Origin: an uncultured Actinomycetes bacterium | GTDB lineage: Bacteria; Actinomycetota; Acidimicrobiia; IMCC26256; JANYLB01 | Length of the DNA stretch: 64,000 nt | Assembly (NCBI GenBank): GCA_963829475.1 | Contig: CAWHIU010000001.1 | Span: 11,790-75,789 of the forward strand | Reading direction: 5' to 3' | Part shown: in pieces, positions 10,609-19,770 of the stretch | How the letters are laid out: each line of letters begins with the position of its first letter | Position numbering within the stretch: the first letter of the stretch is position 1 | Translations under genes and position numbers: made by a program | Notes under the pieces: generated by a model | The model's database searches: none | Told to the model about the DNA's origin: nothing | Seen by the model: the letters and a program-made list of their open reading frames with translations, nothing else

Positions 10609-12159
10609 CTACCGGAGCCCGTCGATGTGGGCCTCGGAGGCGGCCATCTCGTCGTCGGAGCGGCGCGCTTCGAGCCACGCTTGCAGGAGAAGGAGTGACT
10701 CGCAGTCTTCGCGGTTGTAGTCGGCGATCTCGACGAGACGGTTCGGCGCGGGGTCGGCGAGATAGTCGGCGTACGCGACCATGCTCGCCCCGGCGTCGAG
10801 CACCGCGCCGCAGCGCTCGGGCTGGTACAACCGCTCGACGGCCTTCAGCCCGTACGACTCGCTCGAGAGCAGGAACGACCGCTTCACGATCTGGTAGAGG
10901 TCGACGAACACGCCCTCGCGCACGAGCGCTTCGACCTCGGCCGCGCGGGTTGCGTGCTGCTTCGCGAGCCGCGCGAACGCGCCGGTCTCGTAGCCGGCGT
11001 AGTGGTAGACGTGCATCGCCGGCGATGCGGCGCGGCGCGCCACGATGAAGTCGACTGCGGCCTCGAACGCGAACCGCTCCTCGCCTCGGCTGTGGGCCCA
11101 GAACGGACGGTAGGCGCGCGTACCGTCGAGCAGCTCGACGAAGCCGAAGAGGTACTCGAGGCCGCCCTCCAGGGCCATCGAATCACCCTCGAGGTCGAGG
11201 AAGAGATCATCGGGCGACGGGGGCGGGAGTGCGCCGAGGCCGCCAGGACCGGCGTCGAGGAGCTCGAACAACGGTCGCGGAGCTCCTGCACCTCGTACGT
11301 GGAGCGCGGCCTGACGCCGCAGCCGTTCGTAGACGGCAGGCGCGATCTTCGGAGTCGGTGAGTCGGGCGGGCCGTCGGCGAGCGCGCGTCGGGTGCAGAT
11401 GCCCGCGTCGGTGAGCGAGGTGATCTGGTCGATGCGGATGCCCGCGACGAACCCGAGGTGATCGTCGGCGCGGCGGCGTTCGTCGCACACGCTCACCCAC
11501 CGGCACACCTTGCAGTGGCCGACCTTGTCGGGGTACGTGTCGACTCGGCCGGCGCGCACAGTGGCGCAGAAGTCGGCCTTGAGCACGCGGTGCTTCTCGG
11601 CGATGTCGGCGAGCGGCAGCGCATGCCGTGCGCCGTCGCCCGTGATCACGACGACGAGCTCCGGCGCGACACCCTGGATGCGCGTGATGTGTTCCGAGTA
11701 GTCGGCGAGTTGGAGCAACGCGGCGGACTTGACCCGTTGCGCGAGCTTGGCGTCGACCGCTTGGTACGACCAGCTCCCGAGATCGCTCGGGGTGTCGTCG
11801 ACGCGCTCCACGAAGTCGGCATGGCCGACCCAACCTTCGTCGAAGAAGGTCGCCTGGTAGATGACGGAGACGCCGGCACGCATCGCGGCGACGGTCTCGG
11901 CCGCGGCGGCATCGAGGCCGTCGCGGGTGCGAGCGTCGACGGAGATCAACTCGACGCCCGTCGTGTCGTAGCCGGCGAGAACCTCTTGCTCGTGGGCATC
12001 GCCACGGCGGGCGAGCAGGTCGACGAAGGCGTCGGCGCGCTTCGGGCGCTCGATCTCGCCGCGTACCGCCGCGAGCTCGAGCTGGGTGAGGTGCCGGCAA
12101 GCGGCAAAGCCGACGAGGTCGGTCGCGCTGCAGATCAGCTCACCCCCGAGGTCGCGCAC
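10609..12159 (-). CDS. TM0106 family RecB/Cas4-like nuclease with RNase H-like C-terminal domain
   Basis: VIYQATF...GHADFVERV...VDAKLA...LLQL; HCKVCRWVSVC; FLDLEGD, VYHYAGYE, FVDLYQ, YNREDC. Confidence 0.9.
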   Translation of the reverse strand: MRDLGGELICSATDLVGFAACRHLTQLELAAVRGEIERPKRADAFVDLLARRGDAHEQEVLAGYDTTGVELISVDARTRDGLDAAAAETVAAMRAGVSVIYQATFFDEGWVGHADFVERVDDTPSDLGSWSYQAVDAKLAQRVKSAALLQLADYSEHITRIQGVAPELVVVITGDGARHALPLADIAEKHRVLKADFCATVRAGRVDTYPDKVGHCKVCRWVSVCDERRRADDHLGFVAGIRIDQITSLTDAGICTRRALADGPPDSPTPKIAPAVYERLRRQAALHVRGAGAPRPLFELLDAGPGGLGALPPPSPDDLFLDLEGDSMALEGGLEYLFGFVELLDGTRAYRPFWAHSRGEERFAFEAAVDFIVARRAASPAMHVYHYAGYETGAFARLAKQHATRAAEVEALVREGVFVDLYQIVKRSFLLSSESYGLKAVERLYQPERCGAVLDAGASMVAYADYLADPAPNRLVEIADYNREDCESLLLLQAWLEARRSDDEMAASEAHIDGLR

Positions 12160-12274
12160 ACGCCCAGTATCGACGAGAGGTGGGACACCCGGCGAGGGCG
12201 CGATCGGCGAAATGGGCGGGATCGGTCATCGCCGGGTCGGGGGAAGGTGGACAGCGTCCGGTAAGATGGACCTG

Positions 12275-12556
12275 ATGACAACGATCAGCGAACCCGAAGC
12301 CGAGAACTGTCGCCACGATCTCGCCGCCGGGACCTGCTCGATCTGCAAGTTCGAGAAGCCCGATTCACGGCCACCGGTGTTCACGACCGCCGGTCGCCGG
12401 GCGTATCACGCGAGCCGTGACTGCAAGATCCTCGCCAAGAACCAGGCCAAGCTCCTCGAAGACACCGGCAAGGTCGGCGTGATCCGCACGGTCAGCGTCG
12501 CGGAGGTCCTCGAAGCGGGCCGTCCGCCGTGCCCCACCTGCGTCGTCGCTGAGTAG
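12275..12556 (+). CDS. Small Cys/His-rich zinc-finger protein (Ada-like C-terminal motif)
   Basis: CRHDLAAGTCSIC and YHASRDC...RPPCPTC; TAAGAT lies 7 nt upstream of ATG 12275. Confidence 0.65.
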   Translation: MTTISEPEAENCRHDLAAGTCSICKFEKPDSRPPVFTTAGRRAYHASRDCKILAKNQAKLLEDTGKVGVIRTVSVAEVLEAGRPPCPTCVVAE

Positions 12557-12573
12557 CCGCATCCGCTCAGCGG

Positions 12574-12610
12574 ACGACTCCGATCAACGCACGACTCCGA
12601 TCAACGCACG
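12574..12610. repeat. 17-bp perfect tandem duplication spanning the VOC gene stop codon
   Basis: acgactccgatcaacgc x2 (12574-12607). Confidence 0.9.
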
Positions 12611-13023
12611 GCGCGCGGGTTGTCGGGGTCGGTGAACGCGGCGTCGAGCGCGTTCGGGCGATCCTGGCGGAGCAGCGCGACCTGGTTGCCGCTCGGGTCA
12701 CGGAAGACGTGCACCGGCCCGTCGGGGGTTCCGGCGGTCTCGCCGTTCGGCTCGAAGCCCGATGCCCGCAGCCGCTCGATCGCCTGGTCGAGATCGGCGA
12801 CGGCCCAGATCGGCAGGCAACTGGGTGCGTCGCGGTGCTCGGCGAGCAGCACCAGCGGACCGGGTCCGAGCCGCACGGCCGCGACCTCGGTCGCGAACGC
12901 CTCGAAGCGCCACACCAGCACAGCCCCGAGTGAGCGGCAGTAGAAGTCGAGATCTCGGGCGACGTCGTCGGTTCCGACGTAGAGATAGACGAGCTCGCCG
13001 ATGCCGCTCGGATCGCTGCTCAC
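12601..13023 (-). CDS. VOC/glyoxalase family protein
   Basis: YLYVGTDDVARDLDFY; AVADLDQAIERLRASG; FRDPSGNQVAL. Confidence 0.85.
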   Translation of the reverse strand: MSSDPSGIGELVYLYVGTDDVARDLDFYCRSLGAVLVWRFEAFATEVAAVRLGPGPLVLLAEHRDAPSCLPIWAVADLDQAIERLRASGFEPNGETAGTPDGPVHVFRDPSGNQVALLRQDRPNALDAAFTDPDNPRAVR

Positions 13024-13154
13024 GGGTCGAGCTTCGCGCGATCGGCAGGCGCTGGATCGGCGGATCGGGAACCGGGGCGGGCCCACCGTCGTTGTGGAGG
13101 CGTGAACGGTCTCCGCACGGGGGCCGGTTTCGCCTGCTCAGGAGGACACCACCC

Positions 13155-13883
13155 ATGGCCGTCATGCTGCGAGAGCGTTCCCCGCGGGAGCTTGCCCGCC
13201 GGCGCGGGCCCAGCCTCGGTGGTGTCGTGCTCGGCGTCATCGCGATCGCGATGGCGGCGATCATGGTCGTCGGGTTCGGACTCGTGACCGGGTTGTTGCA
13301 CATCGGCAACCCGTTCTCGACCCAGGCCGTCGACCACACGCCGCCGCCGGTGCTGCATCGCCTCGAGTCGCTTTCGAGCTACCGCGGAGCATCAGCCAAC
13401 TTCGAGGTGAACGTCGACCTCGAGAAGAAGCACCGCTTCATCCCGGCGGTCATCGCCGGCGAGCGGACGGTGTTCCTGGCGGTCGGAAGTGTCGACGCGG
13501 TGGTCGACTTCGGACGCGTGGAGGCGAGCCGGGTGGTGGCGACCAACGGTGGGCCCGACCGGGTCGTCGTGACGCTCCCCCACGCCCGGACGTTGCGGGC
13601 CGTCGTCGACCCGAACGCGAGCCACGTCGCGACCAGGAGCCGCGGCTTGGCCGACCGGATCGGATCGGTGTTCACCGACAGCCCGACGAGCGAGCAGCCG
13701 CTGTATCGACTCGCGGTGCAGAAGATGGACACGGCCGCGCGTCACAGCGGAGTGACGGCACGCGCCGAACGCAACACCACGAAGATGCTGCAGGGATTGC
13801 TCGGCAAGCTCGGCTACGAACAGGTGACCGTGCACTACGTGGACGCCGCGACGAACGTCGAGCCGAAGGGTGCCAGCGCGTAG
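13155..13883 (+). CDS. DUF4230 domain membrane protein
   Basis: AGGAGG RBS; N-terminal TM; GSVDAVVDF, VVVTLPHA, ARAERNTTKMLQGLLGKLGY. Confidence 0.8.
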   Translation: MAVMLRERSPRELARRRGPSLGGVVLGVIAIAMAAIMVVGFGLVTGLLHIGNPFSTQAVDHTPPPVLHRLESLSSYRGASANFEVNVDLEKKHRFIPAVIAGERTVFLAVGSVDAVVDFGRVEASRVVATNGGPDRVVVTLPHARTLRAVVDPNASHVATRSRGLADRIGSVFTDSPTSEQPLYRLAVQKMDTAARHSGVTARAERNTTKMLQGLLGKLGYEQVTVHYVDAATNVEPKGASA

Positions 13884-13892
13884 CCTCGACGC

Positions 13893-15497
13893 ATGCCCGC
13901 TCGGCCCAACGCCATCAGCCTTCTCGTCGTTTCGGATCTGCACTTCGGCGAACCGCACAGCGTTCTGACCGAGCGCGATGACGACGGTCGCCTCGTCGCC
14001 AACGCGGTGATGGACGAAGTGACCGCGGCGATGGTGCGGATCGCGGCGACGTCGACGACTCCGCCGACCCTGGTGTTCAACGGCGACGCGCTCGAGCTCG
14101 CGATGGCGCCGACACACGTCGCGCTCGACGTGTTCGACCAGTTCGTGAAGCGGCTGTTCCCGCCGGGAGCCCCCGCCGCGTTGGGCCCGCGCATCGTCGT
14201 GCTGCCGGGCAACCACGATCACGACGTGTGGCGCATGTCGCGCGACGAGATCGAAGCCCGTGGAGTCGAGTCGGTGGCGGCCGATGCGCCGGTCCCGGCC
14301 GCCCAACCCGTCACCCCGATCTTCGGCGCACTCTCGGCCGGTGGCGCCCCGGTGCCGTCCGACCTGCTCACCCGGGTGTTGCGGCACCGCAACCCGACGC
14401 ACCCCGACCTCGAGGTCGTGATCGCATCACCCAACGCGGCGGTGCGGGTCGGCACGCGGATGCTCGCGCTCCACCACGGCCAGTTCACCGAGGGCATCTA
14501 CGTCGCGATGACTCGGCTGGCGCACACCGTGTTCGGCGCGCCCGCCGACGAGCTCGGTCCGGGGGACCTCGAACGTGACAACGGGGCGTGGATCGACTTC
14601 GTGTGGTCGAGTCTCGGCCGCGAAGGCGGTGTGGGCGAGAGCATCCGCCGGGCCTACGACCTCCTGAACACCGACCCCGGACGCGCGTTGCTCGCGACGA
14701 AGTTGGCCGCGGCGGCGCAGGGTCGCGGTGGCCCGAAGATCGTGCGCCAGATCCGACGCGCGCTCGCCGGCGTCGTCGCACTGCGGATGCTCGACGGCCT
14801 GAAGGAAGACGAGCTCCGCGCGAACGCACCCGATGCCCCCGAAGCCGCGTCGGGAGTCATGGCCTACATCGACGGACCGCTCGCGAAGAGCCTCGAGGCC
14901 GGACCCACCGATCCCGACCCGGTCTCACCCGAGGAGCTGGTGTTCCTCTACGGCCACACCCACAAGCCGTTTGCGTCGCGGGCCGATTCGACCCGCTACG
15001 AGCGAGGCGTGCACGTCTACAACTCGGGTGGCTGGGTGGTCGACAGCCCCGACGCGAGACCCGGTACCGGCGGCGCGGTGCTCGTGGTCGACGACACGCT
15101 CGACACCGCACTCGTGCACCTCGGCGACCAGTCACTGGATCCCGGCGCGATCGTCGGCACGGTCGACCACGCTGACGGGCCCGAGACGACCTCGCCGCTC
15201 GTCGCGACGTTGCGCGACCTGATCGCGAGCGATCCGCTGCCCTGGCGCGCGCTCGCCGACGCGACGCGCGAGACGGTGATCCGAAGACGCGGCGAGCACG
15301 CTCGCAACCTGGAGCGCGAGCTCTCGACGACGCGCACCGAGCCCGGGGCGCGCGCCACGTTGCGCCAGATGCAGCACCTGTTGCGTCGTCAGCAGCGGGT
15401 CGAGCGGCGGGAGGAGTCGCGCATGCGTCCTCACGAAGCTCGGGCGTGGCTCGCCGCCGGATCGCGCTCGGCGCGCGACTTCTTCGCCGGGAGATAG
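13893..15497 (+). CDS. Calcineurin-like metallophosphoesterase
   Basis: SDLHFG, NGD, PGNHD, HHG and GHTH motifs in order. Confidence 0.85.
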   Translation: MPARPNAISLLVVSDLHFGEPHSVLTERDDDGRLVANAVMDEVTAAMVRIAATSTTPPTLVFNGDALELAMAPTHVALDVFDQFVKRLFPPGAPAALGPRIVVLPGNHDHDVWRMSRDEIEARGVESVAADAPVPAAQPVTPIFGALSAGGAPVPSDLLTRVLRHRNPTHPDLEVVIASPNAAVRVGTRMLALHHGQFTEGIYVAMTRLAHTVFGAPADELGPGDLERDNGAWIDFVWSSLGREGGVGESIRRAYDLLNTDPGRALLATKLAAAAQGRGGPKIVRQIRRALAGVVALRMLDGLKEDELRANAPDAPEAASGVMAYIDGPLAKSLEAGPTDPDPVSPEELVFLYGHTHKPFASRADSTRYERGVHVYNSGGWVVDSPDARPGTGGAVLVVDDTLDTALVHLGDQSLDPGAIVGTVDHADGPETTSPLVATLRDLIASDPLPWRALADATRETVIRRRGEHARNLERELSTTRTEPGARATLRQMQHLLRRQQRVERREESRMRPHEARAWLAAGSRSARDFFAGR

Positions 15498-15590
15498 CCC
15501 CGGCATCCACGGCCGGACCTGAACACTCGGCGAATTGTTCGAATGTTGGGGTGAAATCGCCAACGACCGCGGCTTATCGTGCAGGTTCGA

Positions 15591-15618
15591 CACGGATGTC
15601 ACTTCACGGATGTCACTT
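15591..15618 (+). repeat. 14-bp perfect tandem repeat upstream of the CAP gene, possible operator
   Basis: cacggatgtcactt x2. Confidence 0.8.
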
Positions 15619-15637
15619 CTCGCAAGGACGCTTGCTC

Positions 15638-16129
15638 ATGCCTCGCCTGCTCTGCCTGCTCCGTCGGCCGACGATGGTCGCCGCCCTCGTCGCGCTGGTC
15701 GCCGTCGGGTTGATGGGTTGCGCTCCGCCGCAAGCGACGTCGCAGTCGTCGATGATCTTCCAGGTCAACGTGCAACGCGCCGGCTCAGGTCTTCCTCCGC
15801 TTGCCTGGTGTCCCGCGCTCGGGCGTGCCTCGATCGCACATTCCGACGACCAGGCCGTGCACAACACGATGACGCACACGGGCTCCGACGGATCCGACCT
15901 CTCGACCCGGATGGCGCGGGCCGGGTACAACGGTTGGAACACGATCGGCGAGAACGTTGCCGCGGGATACCCGTCCGACAGCGCAGTGCTGTACGCGTGG
16001 ATGATGTCACCGGGCCACGCGGCCAACATCTTGAACCCGAGCTACACGCACATGGGCTCCGGCTATGCGTACAGCCGCGACGGCACCCGGTACTGGACGC
16101 AGGACTTCGGCAGCGGCGGCACCTGCTGA
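15638..16129 (+). CDS. CAP (SCP/YkwD) domain lipoprotein
   Basis: Lipobox LMGC; HTGSDGS; GENVAAG; WMMSPGHAANIL; YWTQDFG. Confidence 0.9.
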   Translation: MPRLLCLLRRPTMVAALVALVAVGLMGCAPPQATSQSSMIFQVNVQRAGSGLPPLAWCPALGRASIAHSDDQAVHNTMTHTGSDGSDLSTRMARAGYNGWNTIGENVAAGYPSDSAVLYAWMMSPGHAANILNPSYTHMGSGYAYSRDGTRYWTQDFGSGGTC

Positions 16130-16165
16130 CGCTCCACCTCGGTGGTGCCTACCCGCCCGTCGGGA

Positions 16166-16988
16166 TCACCGGCTGAGGAAGCGCGACGCGAACGGCTCGA
16201 TCTCGGCGCGGCCACCCGCCGGCCACCCGCACACGAGGTACGCGAAGCCCAGATCCTCCCACGCGTCGATGTTCGCGGCGATCGTGTCGAGGTCGTCTTC
16301 GAGCGAGAGTGACGTCGCGCGGCGAATGGTCGACGGGTCGCGGCCGGCCGCTTCGGCGTGCGCGCTGATGCGATCCGACTTCGGCCCGAGCACCGCGGTC
16401 GGACCGAAGCAATGCCACACGTCGGCATACTTCGCCGCGATCGGCATCATGCGCTGCTCACCCGACGCGCCGATCCAGATCGGTGGGTGGGGTTGCTGTA
16501 CCGGACGCGGCAGCAGGGTCGCGTCGTGCACCGAGAAGTGCTCACCCTCGAACGTGAAGTGGTCGGTGGTGAGGAGGCCGCGCACGACCTGCACCGCTTC
16601 TTCGAACGCATCGACGCGTTGCTTCACGGGCGGGAACGGGATGCCGAGCTCGCGCGTGCTCCCCTTCGAACCACGCCGCGCCGATGGCGAGCTCGAGCCG
16701 GCCGGCCGACGCGTGGTCGATCGTCATCGCCTCGGCCGCGAACACGGCCGGATGCCGGTAGGTCATTCCGGTGACGAGCAGGCCGAGGCGGACGCGCTCG
16801 GTGATGCCGCTCCAGGCCGCGAGGGTGGTGTTGCCCTCGAAGCACTCCCCCGGGCCGTCGCCGTACATGGGTTGGAAGTGGTCGAAGCCCCAGATGCCGT
16901 CGAAGCCGAGGGCGTCGGCGAAGCGGGCGCGGTCGGCGACCTCGCTCCAGGGCATGCGTTGCTGGGCGATGTCGAGTCCGAACTGCAT
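16166..16988 (-). CDS. LLM-class (probably F420-dependent) oxidoreductase, frameshift ~16655
   Basis: GFDGIWGFDHF; LVTGMTYRHPAVFA; GRLELAIGAAW; PRPVQQPHPPIWIG. Confidence 0.9.
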
Positions 16989-17101
16989 GAGGTCTCCGGT
17001 TCGTGATCAGCGTCGGGGCACGCCCTCACTTTCCCACGGCCGCGACGTCGGGCCGGAAGAGGGGTTGGGCTGGAAAAGGGGTTGCGGTCGGACCAATACT
17101 T

Positions 17102-17118
17102 AGTTAGTATAGCTAAAT
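17102..17118 (+). promoter_or_regulatory. Probable MarR operator overlapping -10 and start codon
   Basis: AT-rich TTAG-N5-CTAA (17104-17116); TAGTAT lies 6 nt before ATG 17117. Confidence 0.65.
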
Positions 17119-17560
17119 GGTTGACGTCAACACCGGCGAGGAGGCGCGGCGGCTGCGGTACTCGGTGACGCGGCTGGCGCGGCAGCTCCGCCGGCAGGCC
17201 GGCACCGACCTCACCCCGACGCAGTCGGCGGCCCTCGTCAGCATCGAGAAGCACGGGCCCATCACCATCGGCGACCTCGCGACCCACGAGCAGGTGAGCG
17301 CCCCCACCGCGACGAACGTGGTGTCGAAGCTCGAAGCCGGCGGCCTGGTCCGGCGCCTGCGTGACGACGCCGACCGTCGGGTGTGCCGGGTCGAGCTCAC
17401 TCCCCGAGGACACCGCGAGCTCCAGGAGGTGCGGAGCCGCAAGACCGAGTGGCTCGCGGCGCGTCTGCGCGACCTGCCTCCCGAGGATCTCGCCAAGCTG
17501 ACCGCTGCGCTCGACGTGCTCGAGCACCTCACCGACGCGACCGCCGAGAACCGGTTGTGA
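17117..17560 (+). CDS. MarR family transcriptional regulator
   Basis: LTPTQSAAL...GPITIGDLA..EQVSAPT...LEAGGLVRR..DDADRR...VELT. Confidence 0.95.
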   Translation: MVDVNTGEEARRLRYSVTRLARQLRRQAGTDLTPTQSAALVSIEKHGPITIGDLATHEQVSAPTATNVVSKLEAGGLVRRLRDDADRRVCRVELTPRGHRELQEVRSRKTEWLAARLRDLPPEDLAKLTAALDVLEHLTDATAENRL

Positions 17561-18840
17561 AGCTCAAGTTCTTCGGTGCCGCGGAGCAGACCTTCGGGTC
17601 GTTGCGCATCCGCAACTTCCGGCTGTTCTTCGTCGGCCAGGGCGTGTCGCAGATCGGGAACTGGCTGACCCTCGTCGCGCAGACGTTGCTCGTCCTGAAG
17701 CTGGGCGGGAACGGGATCGCGATCGGCGTGCTGACCGCGTGCCAGTTCCTGCCCGTGCTCCTCTTCGCCGCGTGGGCCGGAGTGATCGCCGACCGCTCCG
17801 ACAAGCGCAAGCTGCTCATGATCGTGCAGGTCTTCGCGATGGCGCAGACGTTCGCGATGGCCGGCCTCGCGTTCACCGGCAACCCTCCCCTCGTGGCCGT
17901 CTACGCGGTCGCGATGGCGGGTGGCTTCGCGATGGCCTTCGACAACCCGGCCCGACGGTCGTTCGTGGTCGAGATGGTGCCGCTCGAGAACGTGCAGAAC
18001 GCGGTCAGCCTGAACAGCGCGCTCATGACCAGCTCGCGCATCATCGGCCCTGCACTCGCGGGCCTGCTCATCACGACGGTCGGGTTCCCGTGGGCATTCC
18101 TGACCGACGGCGTCTCGTACATCGCGGTGATCGTCGCGCTCGCCATGATGCGCACGTCGGAGCTCCGACCGTCGCCGGTGGCCGCGCGGGCAAAGGGTCA
18201 GATCCGCGAAGGCCTCCGCTACGTGCGTCGGGTACCCGAGCTGTGGATCCCGCTGGTGATGATGGCGGTCGTCGGCACGCTTGCGTACAACTTCACCGTG
18301 GTGTTCCCGCTGATGGTCACCGAGGCGTTCCATTCGAGCACCGCCATGTTCACGGTCCTGTTCTCCGTGACGAGCATCGGGGCGTTGACCGGTGCGCTCT
18401 ACTCCGCACACCGCCGCACGATCGACGTGCGCGACGTCGCGTACGCCTCGCTCTTGTTCGGAGTCGCGATGCTGGCGTTTGCCGCCGTCCCGAGCCTGGC
18501 GTGGGCGTTCCCCGCGGGCTTCCTGGTCGGGGTGGGAAGCATCGCGTTCCTCACCACCTCGACCGCGATCGTGCAACTGAAGGCCGCGCCCGAGATGAGG
18601 GGCCGGGTGCTCGCGCTGCAGGCGATCCTGTTTCTCGGCACCACGCCGATCGGTGGTCCGATCATCGGCTACATCAGCGACGTGTTCGGGCCCCGGGTGG
18701 GCGTGCTCGTCGGTGGCATCGGCGGATGCGCCGCCGCGGCGTGGGGGCTCTGGGCCTACAAGCGGGTGCGCGGCTCGTTCGCCGCCGACGTCCCGCTCCC
18801 CGAGCCGGTCGACGTGGTGTTCCCCGAACCCGTCGCCTGA
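17557..18840 (+). CDS. MFS transporter
   Basis: RNFRLFFVGQGVSQIGNW; GVIADRSDKRKLL; ~12 TM; GTGA overlap with marR. Confidence 0.9.
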   Translation: MKLKFFGAAEQTFGSLRIRNFRLFFVGQGVSQIGNWLTLVAQTLLVLKLGGNGIAIGVLTACQFLPVLLFAAWAGVIADRSDKRKLLMIVQVFAMAQTFAMAGLAFTGNPPLVAVYAVAMAGGFAMAFDNPARRSFVVEMVPLENVQNAVSLNSALMTSSRIIGPALAGLLITTVGFPWAFLTDGVSYIAVIVALAMMRTSELRPSPVAARAKGQIREGLRYVRRVPELWIPLVMMAVVGTLAYNFTVVFPLMVTEAFHSSTAMFTVLFSVTSIGALTGALYSAHRRTIDVRDVAYASLLFGVAMLAFAAVPSLAWAFPAGFLVGVGSIAFLTTSTAIVQLKAAPEMRGRVLALQAILFLGTTPIGGPIIGYISDVFGPRVGVLVGGIGGCAAAAWGLWAYKRVRGSFAADVPLPEPVDVVFPEPVA

Positions 18841-18852
18841 TCTACTGACCCG

Positions 18853-19770
18853 ATGCTCCGACAGCTGGTTCTCCGCGCGCGGTCGTTTCCCGCCGCCCAC
18901 CTCGCGGTGGCCACCGCGGCGATCCTGTTCGGAGCGACGTACGTGCCCGGCCAACGCGCCCTCGAACACCTCTCCACCGCCGGGTTCGTCACGATCCGGT
19001 TCGCGGTCTCGGCGATCGTCGTTGCCCCGTTCGTCGTCCGTCGATCGGCGACGGCATCGGAACCGGCGCGCGCGCTCCGACCGGGCCCGTACCTCGTCGG
19101 CGGCGCGATCGGAGGCGCGTGCCTGTTCACGCTGCTCATGCTCCAGTCGGCCGCGCTCGCGACCACCACCGCGGCGAACGTCGCCTTCCTCGGCAGTCTT
19201 GCCGTGGTGCTCGTCCCCCTGATCACCGCGGTCGTGACCCGACGCGTGCCTTCGGGATTCGTCATCGCGGGCACACTGCTCGCCGTCGTCGGTGCGTGCT
19301 TCCTCACCGGAGCGACCCTCTCCATCAGTCGTGGCGACGCGCTCGCGCTCGTCAGCGCGCTCGCGGTCGCGCTCCACATCATGTCGATGAGCTACTTCTC
19401 ACCGCGCCTCTCGGTGGCGCGGTACAGCTTCGTGCAGTTCCTCACCGTCACCATGGCTGCGGCCCTCGTCGCGATGATCGGCGGGTTCGGGAACGTCACC
19501 ACCGGAGCCGTCGCGATGACGGCGGCCTGTGGGGTGCTCCAAGCCGTCGGGATCGCCTTGCAGGTGACCGGTCAGCGCCGGATCAGCGCGACGAGCAGCG
19601 CGCTGATCCTCATGCTGATCCCGCTCACCGGGGCCGCGCTCGACGTGGCGGTCAACGACGTGACGCTCAGCCCGCTCGCCACCGTCGGTGCCGCACTGGT
19701 GCTCGGATCGGTGATCGTCGGGGAGTTGCTCCCCGGACGGATCAGGCCGGCGGGCCGGACCCCAGCTTGA
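18853..19770 (+). CDS. DMT/EamA family transporter
   Basis: About 10 hydrophobic helices in two EamA-like repeats. Confidence 0.85.
   Translation: MLRQLVLRARSFPAAHLAVATAAILFGATYVPGQRALEHLSTAGFVTIRFAVSAIVVAPFVVRRSATASEPARALRPGPYLVGGAIGGACLFTLLMLQSAALATTTAANVAFLGSLAVVLVPLITAVVTRRVPSGFVIAGTLLAVVGACFLTGATLSISRGDALALVSALAVALHIMSMSYFSPRLSVARYSFVQFLTVTMAAALVAMIGGFGNVTTGAVAMTAACGVLQAVGIALQVTGQRRISATSSALILMLIPLTGAALDVAVNDVTLSPLATVGAALVLGSVIVGELLPGRIRPAGRTPA

Noticed and set aside
10609-12159. Cas4-like nuclease as evidence of a CRISPR system
   Set aside because: Fits the stand-alone TM0106 family; no array or cas1/cas2 in the window
15520-15545. Possible LexA box upstream of the CAP gene
   Set aside because: GAAC and GTTC half-sites are not at 4-bp spacing
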